Origin: Mantamonas sphyraenae STR306
Lineage: Eukaryota; Protista; CRuMs
NCBI GenBank assembly: GCA_026936335.1
Contig: JAPMXV010000042.1
Location: 310,001-374,000, forward strand
Direction: 5' to 3'
Length of the DNA stretch: 64,000 bases
In this document: positions 1-10,553 of the stretch, piece by piece
How the letters are laid out: the number at the start of each line of letters is the position of its first letter
How positions within the stretch are numbered: the stretch's first letter is position 1
The notes under the pieces: model-generated
The model's input: the letters and a program-made list of their open reading frames with translations, nothing else
What the model was told of the DNA's origin: nothing
The model's database searches: none
Position numbers and translations under genes: made by a program

Positions 1-1769
1 CGATCATCTTGCTATGCACAGGGACGTCCATGATGCCGCACACAATGCGTGCATAGGTGTCCAGGTCGACGTCCATGTCGGCCGAAGGCAACTCCACACC
101 CGACTTGAGCAGCTCCTCAAACTCGGGGGGCCAGATCTGCATCAAATCGTCGATGGAAGGCATGTTCTTTGTGTAGTGCACCGTGGCCTGTGGGGTGACG
201 CGGTGCAGCTTGCTGATGTCCTTGGCCCATTTGTCGATGAGGTGGCCGCTCTTGTCTGCGCGTTCGATGGTGGGCACAGACACGGGTGCCTCCACCGTGT
301 CCTTGCTGATCTGTCGCAGGCGCAACTGAAGCACCGCCGGGTCGGACTGGATGGCCGCGGGCTCGTCAAGCACGGTCAACCCCAGTGCATCCGCCTCTCC
401 GTCCGGCCGCGGGATCTTGATAAAGGCGTCGATGTCACCCACAGCGGGAATGTAGTCCGGAATAAATGGACGCAGCTTCGTTTCGATTTCCACAGTCTGC
501 GGCTTGTACCGCGTGATGTACTGGAAGAGTTCCTTGATCTCGTGTGCCACATCCAGGTCCTTGTAGTCGTCCGGATTGTATCCAGCCTGCCAACCGCCCG
601 AGGCCCCCACTGTGTGCATGGCCGAGTAGCCCTCGTTGCCGTTGCCATGGTCTGCGTCCTCCTCATCCTCCTCATCCTCCTCTTCTTCCTCCTCTTCATC
701 CTCTTCGTCGTCCTCCTCGGCTTCGTCCGTGCTATCGTCACTCCATTGGTCCTGTGGCTGCTGCGGCGACTCTTTGGGTCCGCCTGCCAGCCCTGCGGCC
801 GCTCCGTGGTCAAACTGGGCCGGCGGCGCTTCTGTGGGCATGGTTGCTGCCAATCCTCCCGAACGCCCAAACTGCCCCTGCATGCCTGTGCGCCCGTTGT
901 GGTCCTCCTCATTATCATCATCTTCTTCGTCCTCTTCCTCTTCATCCTCGTCTGTGCTGCCGTAGCTGTGCTGGCTGCGCTCGGGCGTCTTGGGCGGTGT
1001 GTCTGCGTGGGGCGGGCAAGGCGTTTTGGCGCGCACCGCGGATACAAAGTCGTGTGAGTGTGTGTGGTGTGTGCAATATGTGGAGGCAGTGTGCGGGTGG
1101 GTGGTGATGGGTGATGGATGATGGTGATGGATGGGTGCCCCGATGAACGGAAAAGGGTGCTTGGTTGTTCAACAACTAGGGGGGGTTGCCGGCTGCTGTG
1201 ATCTCCAAACTTACCGATTCGCTGGCTTGCCGCGAGGGTTTGCTGGCCCTGTGTGAATCCGACGTCACCGTCGCCGTCGTCAGAACCATCTACAGAGATG
1301 GCCTCATCGTACATCTCGTTCTCCACCATCTGGGACTGTGTGCAGTGATGCAGCGAGCGTGCGTGAGCGCGAGGTGGTGAAAGGCGCGGTGGAAAAACGG
1401 TCGCGCCGGTACTCTGGCCAAACGGCGAACCACAGCCGTGCGCACAGGCGGCCGGGGACACGGATCACACAGGGTAGGGAGCCCCAGGACAAGGAAACGT
1501 ACGCGAGTGGTGCCCATCATGGAGTTGGACGTTGCGCCCAGGTTTGTGGTGCCGCCAAAGGTGTTGGTTGTCGCGCCAAAAGTACTCGTGCCGCCTGTGG
1601 TGCGTGTCGTGCCACCCATGCCGTAGTTGAACTCGTCCTCCGAGTCCGAGTCATTGTCTCCGCCCGTTCGTTGGTTTTTCTGCAGCATCGACATGTAGTC
1701 CTCGTTGTCCGAGCTGTCCGAATCCGAAAAGTCGCCTCCCGCCGGTGGCGCCTCGCTGGGCATGGACAT
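1..1769 (-). CDS. IFT46: Intraflagellar transport protein 46 (3' end runs off window); exons ~1769-1503, 1329-1215, 1002-<1
   Basis: Spliced translation gives YNPDDYKDLDVAHEIKELFQYITRYKPQTVEIETKLRPFIPDYIPAVGDIDAFIKIPRPD...LGLTVLDEPAAIQSDPAVLQL...YTKNMPSIDDLMQIWPPEFE, the IFT46 core, after a long acidic N-terminus. GTACGT/GTAAGT donors and CAG acceptors keep the frame. Confidence 0.93.
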
Positions 1770-1995
1770 GTCTACAAGATTCATGTGTGCGGACGCATGG
1801 GGAGATGGGGAGGGGGTGGGGATGGGTGTCAGAGGGTAAGCTTTCGGGAGAGGAGGTGGGGAGAGTTTGGAACGCACTGAGGGGGTTGTGGTTTGGTTGC
1901 GTCGACCTGTGACGGTCAGCAATGCATTGTCCTTTGCTTTCTTCATAAATCCTTTTCCCACCCGCGTCCCCCTTTCCGTCCTCCCATCCTTTCAT

Positions 1996-2650
1996 TCATT
2001 CAATGGTCTTTGTGAGCTGACTGCGCTCCTCGTCGGAAAGGGTGGCCAACTGTGCTTCCCTGTTTGTGTTGTGTGCCTCCAATGCGCCAGTGAACATGGG
2101 CTCGATATAATCCGAGTACTCCTTCTGCACTTGGTCCAGCATGGCCGCCACGGCCTCCCCCTCCTCTGCCTCCGCGAGCTTCTGAAGCGACACCAAGGAC
2201 TGCGACATGGCCTGCAGCGCCATCGACGAACAGCTTCCCTTTAGGTAGTGTGCCACCCGTGCCAACTTTTCATATTCGTTTGATTCCCTGCGCGTGTACA
2301 CACACAGAAACGCACACACATGCACAAGCGTGATGGACCCCGGGTACGTGTCAGCCGCGTGTTTGTGCGCCTTGTGTGCTTTCCTTCCTTCGCCAAATCC
2401 TTCTCTCGTTCTTTGCGCCTTCTACCCCGAGCGACACAGTCGTGAAAGGTGATGCGGCAATCCTCTGTACTCACACCAAGCTTTTCATCTCTTGCAGCCG
2501 AAACTCTATCGATTCCATGCTTTGGGCCATCAACAGCGTCAGAAACTCTGGGTTGTCCTCGGCCACAAACGCCAGTGTCTCCCATTGCTCAGAGTCAATC
2601 CAACCGAGTTCCACCGCCTTGGACACGTCGACAGGGGAATGTATGGACAT
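1996..2650 (-). CDS. Histidine phosphotransfer (HPt) protein, YPD1/AHP-like; exons 2650-2475, 2287-1996
   Basis: Spliced product ...WIDSEQWETLAFVAEDNPEFLTLLMAQSMESIEFRLQEMKSLVESNEYEKLARVAHYLKGSCSSMALQAMSQSLVSLQKL matches the HPt H-x-LKGSS motif (His codon at 2248-2250). GTGAGT...CAG intron. Confidence 0.85.
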
Positions 2651-2884
2651 GGTCGATGTGCAGAGCAAGGTGACTTTTGTTGGATTGGCGCAGATGGCGT
2701 GGCGTCGCCGCCACCGTGCTGGTGAACGAACCGGGAGACGTGTGTGCGATGGGAGGAGGCAACAGCAGGAGCATGGGAAGCTTCATCAGTCGTTTGGCTG
2801 TACAATTCCAACCGATCGCCACACTCAGAGAAGTAAACAGGGTGCAGAAGCGCGCAAACACTGCGCTGTTCATTTGTGGCTGAT

Positions 2885-4036
2885 TTACAGGACTCCAGCC
2901 TCGTTCTTGAGTTTGTCCAGCAGCTCGTCGACACTCTCGACCTTGCCACCGCCCTGGCGTTCAGGCGGTTCGTTGACAGCCAGGACCTGGAGGCGAGGCT
3001 GGACGGTGCTCTCGTCGACCACGTCGCCGAGCTCCATGACGTCCAAGGGCTTCTTCTTAGCCTTCATGATGTTGGGCAGGGTGGCGTAGCGGGGTTCGTT
3101 GAGGCGCAGGTCGCACGAAACGACTGCAGGCATGGACACAGACAGCTCCTGGAGACCGCCGTCGATCTCACGGGTGATGTCCGCGCTGCTCTTGGCGTCG
3201 TCGATGTCCAGCTTGGAGATAAAGGTGGCCTGAGGCCAGTCCAACAGAGAGGCCAGGCACTGTGCAGTCTGGTTGCTGTCGTCATCGATGGCCTGCTTGC
3301 CCAGCAACACCAACGTCGGTTCCTCTTTGTCTACCAGGGCCTTGAGCACCTTGGCCACGCCCAGCGGTTCCAGCACGTCGTCCGTCTTGACCAGCACCCC
3401 ACGGTCCGCACCAATAGCCATGGCCGTGCGCAGAGTCTACGTTTCCGAGTGTGTGTGACGGTGCCATGAGAGACACGGGGTCGAAGCAAAACGGTGTGGT
3501 CGGGTCAGCTTCGGGTCAGCTTCAGCAGGAGGGAAATCGGAGGGGTTCACAAAACAAACGCTCCACACAACGCCTGCGAGGCCCTATGGCACAGACGGCT
3601 CCACCAACGGGCAGTCTTACCTCTTGCGACTCGGCAGTGCCCACAGAGATCGCGACAACCTGTGCCGGGGCGACGGCGAGGGGACAAAGTGTGAGTGAGC
3701 GAGGGAGGGCATTTGCTACGCGGTCTCGCCCCCCTACACACTGGGCAGTCCAGTCCAGCCATGCATGTGTGGTCCACAACACGCACAGCACAAAGGCAGT
3801 GACCCTGCGACACACGTGGGATCGGCGCCCGCACGCGTGTCGCTGCACACACGCGCAAGACTCACCTCTTCGGCAACGCCAGCCTCCTTCAGGCGGACAG
3901 CCTGCTCGACGGCAATCTCGTCAAACGGGTTCATGGACATCTTGACGTTGGCCGTCTCGACACCAGTCTTTGCGGAATTCACGCGCACTTTGACGGCGTA
4001 GTCCACAACACGCTTGACTCCAACTACAACACGCAT
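2885..4036 (-). CDS. ETFB: Electron transfer flavoprotein beta subunit (3 exons)
   Basis: [19 protein letters not shown]...[65 protein letters not shown] are classic ETF-beta motifs. Confidence 0.97.
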
Positions 4037-4239
4037 GTTCTCGGGATGGGTTGGAAGGTTTTCGGGTGGCTGGGAGTTCGCCCCGCAAGGCTGCCAACAG
4101 CCACAAATTGCATGCGCGTCTTTGTCATCTTCCACACACACACACACACGCACGCACCCGTTTGCAACTCATGCCGTCAAAACTGGCCAAGACGCAAAAA
4201 GCAACGGACGCAGAGACAAGCAAGGGGATTTCATTTTCT

Positions 4240-4889
4240 TCATCCGCCACCCACAAGCAGCTGGTTGATCGGAATGAACACAAGCTTGATGAGGAAACCA
4301 ATGAATCCCATGACGAGGAAACCGATGGTTGTGGCCTGCACAATCTTCTTGAACTCTGTGTAAAGGGGCCAAACAAACAAGCGAGAGAGAGGGCAAAAAG
4401 CAAACTGCCGCGTCAGCATCGTTTCCAGAGCCTCTCACAGGGCATGCCACCACACACGGGACCGCACATGCGCCGTCCGCCACGCGTGTATACACTCTTC
4501 ATCAGTCTACGTGCGCCTTCCGTGTGTGTGTGGCCCACGCGTGCACTGAAGCTCCAAACGGCAAGCCGTGCGGACAAAAACGTGGATTCCCCTCTCGCCG
4601 GCCTGGAACACGTGCCATGGCGACACACCCAGCCAGCAAGCAGTGCGTATGTCCAGCCATGGCGCCATGCTGCAATTTCGTGCGCCGTGCTACCGGATTA
4701 CATCCCGTATGCTGGCGAACGATCGTACGTGACGTGGCCGCTTGGGAAAACACATGCGAGTGGCTGACGAGGCACACCCGACTACCATCACTCACCCTTG
4801 CCGTTGGGCTTGGAGCACCTGTTCAGCAGCCTCTTGCTGTCACTGTAGAAAGTCCCCAAGGGCTTGGTCACACCGTCCACAACGTCCAT
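4240..4889 (-). CDS. SEC61G: Sec61 translocon gamma subunit; exons 4889-4796, 4355-4240
   Basis: Spliced: [69 protein letters not shown]. Not visible as a single ORF in the supplied track. Confidence 0.95.
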
Positions 4890-4928
4890 GGTTTTCTGAA
4901 ATTCGGTTTGTTTGCGCTGGTGCGGCTC

Positions 4929-6689
4929 TCACGCGCCACCAAACGTCTTCTGCAGCGCCTTCTCCACACCCAGCTCATCGTACTCGGCCTTGCTGATCCA
5001 AAACTGCTCGCGATCCTTCATGATCTCGGCCAGCACAGCACCTCCCAGGAACACCATGTGCTTGCGGCGAGGAGGATCCTCGATGCGGCACTTGAACTTC
5101 TTGAGGCGCGACGAGTCGCCCTTGAGCACCTTCTGCAGGTACAGCGAGCGGATCTCCTTCTCCAGACGCGAGGGCAGACCCGGATACATCGACGTACCAC
5201 CCGACAGCACGATGTGCTTGTAAAACTCGGGGCGCGTATCGATGTCGGCGCTGTTGATGCAGTCAAACAGAGCCTCGGCCACACCCATGCCGTCAATGTC
5301 CACCAGACCCGGCGTGAACAGAGCCTCCGGCGCCTCAAAGCGCTCAGAGCCCACCTTGATCACACGGCCGTCCGGGAGCTGTGGTTGTGTGCGCATCCGA
5401 GTCAGTCTCGACACGTACACACACAGGAACTCACGATCCCTCTTCTTCGGTGCGCTGTGTTCTCTCCACTTACCGTGTATGGCTCCACGAGCACAGTTGT
5501 CTCGGCAGCAAGCTTGCGCTCCTGTGCCATGTCGTAACCCACGTAGCACAACTTCTCTTTGATTTGGCGCACGGTCTCAAAGTCGGCCGTGCGGTTGAAT
5601 GCGTAGCCACGATGCAGCAGCAGCTTGATCAGGTAGCGCGTGATGTCGCGACCAGCAAGATCGATACGGCGGGTCAGATGCGGCAGCGCAAAACCCTCGT
5701 ACACAGGCACAATGTGTGTCACTCCATCGCCCGAGTCGACCACAACGCCCGTCAGCAGACCTGTTCATATGTGTGTGCGTTGTGTATGTTGTGTGCGGTG
5801 TGTGTGCCATCTGTGTCAGCTCCCGACCTTGGTTTTTCCGCGGGAAATCCCCGCGTGTTGGTTTTCCCTCTGGGTCTGGCTGCTTTTCCGCAGCAGCCCT
5901 TCACGTTCCCCTCCTGTGCAACCTACCCTGCGCGTACAGCGTGAGCACAGCCTGGATGGCAATGTACGACGCGCTGAAGCCGTAGTGCTCAAAGATCACC
6001 TCCATCATCTTGTTGCGGTTCTTCTTCGGGTTCATCGGTGCCTCTGTGAGCAGAATCTTGCACTCGGTCGGATCAATGCCCAGGCGCTCGTTGAACGTGT
6101 AGTCGTACAGATGGTACATGTCATCCCAGTTGCGCACAATGCCGTTGTCCAGCGGGTACGAGATCTCCAGCATCGAACGCACAGGCGTGCACTCATCACC
6201 CACCATGATATCCTGCGGTGAAATGGGCGTCAGAAAAAAGGCCCTCCCTCTGCGACCACTTGCCCTCTTCCAGGTCCCGTCTCCCACGCCACCCCTGGCC
6301 CTCTCTGGCCCCCACCTACCTTGATCTCCACGTCGTGCACCTTCTCCTCGTAACGCAGGATCGGACGACCCAGCATGGACGGGAAAATGGCGTGCGGGAA
6401 GTTTGAGCCGGCAAAGCCGCACTTGACAAACTGTGTGCAATCCGCACCGACACGCACGCCCCACGCGTCCACCGCATAGACCCCACGTCTCCAATGTCAG
6501 CCTACCTCCCTCCCATGTCCCTCCTTTCTCCCCCCTGCTCACTCCACGATTCCTTCCCTCGCCCCGTAGCCTCTCTGCGCAGCCTGCAGGTCTCTTTGGG
6601 GCAAAAGGCCCTCCCTCCCATCATCGCCTCTCAGAACTTACCCCTGTGCCGTTGTCGCACACAATCACTTTCGACGAGTCGATGGACAT
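4929..6689 (-). CDS. ARP2: Actin-related protein 2; exons 6689-6642, 6430-6320, 6212-5927, 5760-5474, 5378-4929
   Basis: [83 protein letters not shown] are Arp2-specific signatures. Confidence 0.97.
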
Positions 6690-6824
6690 GATCTGCACAC
6701 CACACGCACATACACACACGTGTCAGTCGTTCCCCGCCACCTTTGCTGCTCCCATATCACCACAAATCCACCTACAAAAGTTGTTGTGGCCACTCTTGCG
6801 ACATTGCTCCGCCCCGCCCAAACC

Positions 6825-7512
6825 ATGTCTCTCCGGGTCGACACAAAGCGCTCCAACAGCACTTCGTCCGACTCGGACAGGTCAAATTCATCTCGCACTT
6901 CCCCACGCACCTCCCCACGCGGCAAGGCAAAGGGTGAGCTAGCCCTTCACACAACGACCAACCCACACGCGCTTCCCGCACGCTCTCCATTGTTGCCCAC
7001 ACACTCACCCCACCCGTCCACACCTGCCCGCCTGCTTGCCAAAGTCGTTGTTCGCTTCAAGAACGTCGGCTCTGCAAAGGCCCTCAAGCAGGAGAAGTTC
7101 AAGATCAAGCGCGAAGAGAAATTCCAAACCGTCGTCGAGTTTCTGCGCAAGCAACTCTCCCTCGACTCGTCAACCTCTCTGGTCAGTGCCTCTTTGCTCC
7201 GCGCTTCCAACCGCTTTGTCTTTCCGTCCCGTGCTGCTTCCCGCTTGCTCGCCGTTTGCCTCCGTTCTGACTCTTTGACTCTTTGCTCCTGCTTCACAGT
7301 ATTTATTCTGCAACCAGTCCTTCAGCCCCAGCCCAGACGCCCTCGTGGGCGATCTGTTTGAGGTAATTTTGCACGTGTGGCGTCAGCCTGCATTCGCTCC
7401 ACAGGCCATCCAGCCCCACTGACGCTGAGAATGCCCCCGTTTTCCATCCCAGTGTTTCGGCGTCCACAACCAGCTCAGCATCTTTTACTGCGAAACCGTT
7501 GCGTGGGGATAG
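6825..7512 (+). CDS. ATG12: Ubiquitin-like autophagy protein ATG12 (4 exons)
   Basis: Spliced: ...VVVRFKNVGSAKALKQEKFKI...FLRKQL...YLFCNQSFSPSPDALVGDLFECFGVHNQLSIFYCETVAWG*, ending in the conserved AWG glycine. Confidence 0.93.
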
Positions 7513-7673
7513 ATGAAGATACCCAGAACCATGTACCCAGTCTCCGTGTGCGAAAGGAGCCAGCCCCTTTCATCTTCAGCCCGTGGAAAATGCACATCTT
7601 GCACTGAAGTTCCCACTCTCGTCGCCACTTGAAGTGCCCACACACGATCTTTGTTCACCCCGGTTCCCTCCCC

Positions 7674-7678
7674 TATAA
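7674..7678 (+). promoter_or_regulatory. Possible TATA-like element upstream of copy 1 of the duplicated gene
   Basis: TATAA in a GC-rich context about 110 bp upstream of ATG 7788, just outside the duplicated unit. Motif only. Confidence 0.3.
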
Positions 7679-7787
7679 GCACCTCCATGACTCTCGCGTC
7701 TTGTGACGTCCATGAACCACCCACCTCTCAAGGTGCGCGCGGCCAACCTGCGCCGTCGCACGCATCGAAACCAACAAACTGGTAGAA

Positions 7788-10287
7788 ATGTACAAGACCA
7801 TTTTCTTGCTCATTGCCCTGTTTGCGGCCAGCGCCATGGCTCTGCCCGCAGACTACGAGACGAGCGCCGACATGGATGTCCTGTCGGCCGAGGAGGCCCC
7901 GGCCACCGCCAGCGAGGAGACTGTCTCCGAGCCCGAGTCGGCTGAGTTTGCCGAAGCCCCGGAGGAGGCCATGACCGCCGAGGAGACCGAAGAGATGGTC
8001 TCTGAGCCCGAGTCGGCCGAGGAGCTCCAGACCGAGGAGGAGGCTGCTGAGCCTGCCACCGAGGAGGAGGACGCCGACGTTGCTGAGCCCGAGGAGGCCC
8101 TTGAGAGCATGTCTGAGGACGTGGAGACCGAGGAGGCCCCCGAGGAGGAAGAGAGCAGCCTTGAGGAGGTTGCCGAGCCCGAGGAGGAGGAGTTCGCTGC
8201 CACCGAGACCGAGGACGTTGCCGAGCCCGAGGATGTCGAGGACGACGCCGAGGCCGAGGACGAGGACCTCGAGACCATCGAGGACTGGGACGAGCTGTGC
8301 CCGCCTACGCAGGGTAAGTGAAGGAAAGGGATGGTGTGGCGCAAGAGGGTGCGGGTTGTGCGTGACGGGCGTGTTTGTGGTTCCGGGCGATTTTGTGTGG
8401 TCGGAAAAAAACGCGGCCCTCTGGAAGCGGGTTTTGCGGGCGGTGGAGGGGGAGGAGGGACGGAAGCGACAACCCGAGGATGTGCATGTGTGCGGGATTC
8501 GTGTATGGAGGCGGATGTGTGTGTACATGGATGACGACGCACTGGGAAGTGCGGGGGAAGACGCTGGGGACAAAGAGGCCCCAGAGGCGTTTTTTTCTCC
8601 AATCTTCGGCTTTGGCATGCAAGCGTTTCTTAACGTCGGGATGCAGAAGGACACATCACACGTGCGCTGACACCTCGAGTTGCACATGTGCACACACACC
8701 ACAATCACAGAGGAGCTTGAGGATGAGGAAGAGGCTGCCCTGAAGGCCGGCATTCCCATCGCCGTTTACAAGCGCCTGATTGCCGCTTTCAAGAAGCGCG
8801 TGATCCACTACCGCAACTACTCCAAGAACAAGATCCAGCATGCGTACAACGTGCACATCAAGCAGCGTCGTGCTCACTGGCTGCGTGTGATCAAGGCTGC
8901 TATTGCCCAGCAGCGCCAGCACTCTGGCGCCAAGGCCCGCGCTCTGCTGGCCAAGCGCATCGCCGCCCAGAAGAAGTACACCACTGCTCTGGGTCGCTAC
9001 TACGCTGAGCGTGACCACATTGCGCAGACCTTTGCTCGCAACGTGAGCAAGTGGCGCACGTACTGGGCCAAGAACCTGGCTCGCCGCAACAAGAACATTG
9101 CTGTGGCCAACAACAAGTACAACAAGGCTGTGCAGGCTGCTGCCAAGCAGTACCGCAAGGACCGCAACCGTGGTAACTACAACAACCGTGTGCGTGCTGC
9201 TGCTCGCCAGCGCCACGCCGCCCACGTCCGTGCCAACCAGGCCTGGTCCAACGCCGTGCGCACCTACCGTGCCAACTGGTCCGCCATCCACACCAAGCGC
9301 AACAACGCAAACCGCGCCAACGCGCGCCAGTGGAACAGCGACCACCACCGTCTCCGCCGCGAGATCAACCACTACCAGAACCTGCTGAACCGCACCAAGC
9401 ACTACGCCCGCAAGTACGACGGCCAGGAGGAGCACGCTCGCCAGCGCTACAAGGACGAGACCATCCACTTTGCCAACAACGTGCGCCACTGGACCCACTG
9501 GCGTGAGGCTCATGTGAGCGGCCAGGTGCACCATCTGGAGGCTCAGATCGCCCAGCAGCAGCAGCACCAGAAGAACCGTGAGGCCAACGCCCGCCACAAC
9601 GCACGCGTCAACCGCGTCAACCGTGAGGAGGCCGCCCGCGCTGCCCGTGGCCGCAAGGCTGACGATCAGTTCATCAAGAAGGCCAAGTTTGAGCACAAGG
9701 CTGTGTCGAAGAGCCGCACCGCGTTCTTCCACGCCGGCAACCTGGCTCACCTGCGCAACCTGCGCCGTCAGTACCAGAACCACCTGCGTCACTACAAGAA
9801 CGTGTACCGCTCGCACTCGCGCAAGTGGCGCCACTGGGAGCACGTGCACGTGCGCGGCCAGCGCCACGCGATCTCGTCGTGGACCCGCTCCATGCACCAC
9901 ACGATCAACCACTACCGTCGTCTGATCAACCAGGCCCAGTCGCGCATCCGCCACTACCGCCGCTACGCCAAGTCGCAGCTGAACCACTGGCGCCGCTACA
10001 TGCGCGACCACCTGGCATACTGGCACCGCCGCTACTACATCCAGCGTGAGGCCTACGTCCGCCGTGTGCAGCGTGAGATCCACTACCGCCACCACGTTCT
10101 GCTGCGCAAGTTCCACTGGCAGTCGAACAAGCACCACGCTCTGAAGTACTGCTTCCAGACCCACAAGAACGTGCACAGCAACGCCTACGCCAACTGCGTG
10201 CGCAGCTTCGTGCCGCGTTGCCGCCTGGTCAAGAAGACCTACAAGAAGGGCAACAAGACCCTGACCCGCATGGTGCGCATGTGCTAA
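7788..10287 (+). CDS. Secreted ~700-aa protein of unknown family, acidic N-region plus basic His/Arg/Tyr/Trp-rich region (copy 1); exons 7788-8313, 8711-10287
   Basis: Signal peptide MYKTIFLLIALFAASAMA. Phase-1 intron CAG G|GTAAGT...GCTGAC...ATCACAG|AG joins the 177-aa and 535-aa ORFs in frame. Strong codon bias (GAG, AAG, AAC, CGC/CGT). Confidence 0.88.
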
Positions 10288-10553
10288 GTCTGTCTGTGCA
10301 GAGAGTGCTTTTGACACTGTGTCCTGACACATTGGGCAAGCCAAGTCAGCGGTATTGTCGTGATCGCAAGATCCGTTTCCAAGAAGAGACGAGAATACAG
10401 AACCCGACGCTTGCTCGTACATGCTCTCTCCCGATTTGCTCTTTTCCCCACAGTGGACGCCGCATTTTTGGACGTCCATGAACCACCCACCTCTCAAGGT
10501 GCGCGCGGCCAACTTGCGCCGTCGCACGCATCGAAACCAACAAACTGGTAGAA

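Noticed and set aside
1003-1060. Apparent lack of an AG acceptor for the last IFT46 exon, suggesting non-canonical splicing
   Set aside because: A canonical CGCAG acceptor at 1003-1004 gives the correct phase.
3501-3522. 11-bp tandem repeat (cgggtcagctt)x2 in an ETFB intron
   Set aside because: Local duplication of the branch-point sequence; no sign of further function.
4413-4505. TGATGA...CTGA (box C/D-like) and CTGATGA...GAAA (hammerhead-like) in the 440-bp SEC61G intron
   Set aside because: The CTGA is explained by the GCTGAC branch point. No convincing terminal stem, guide sequence or hammerhead stems I/III.
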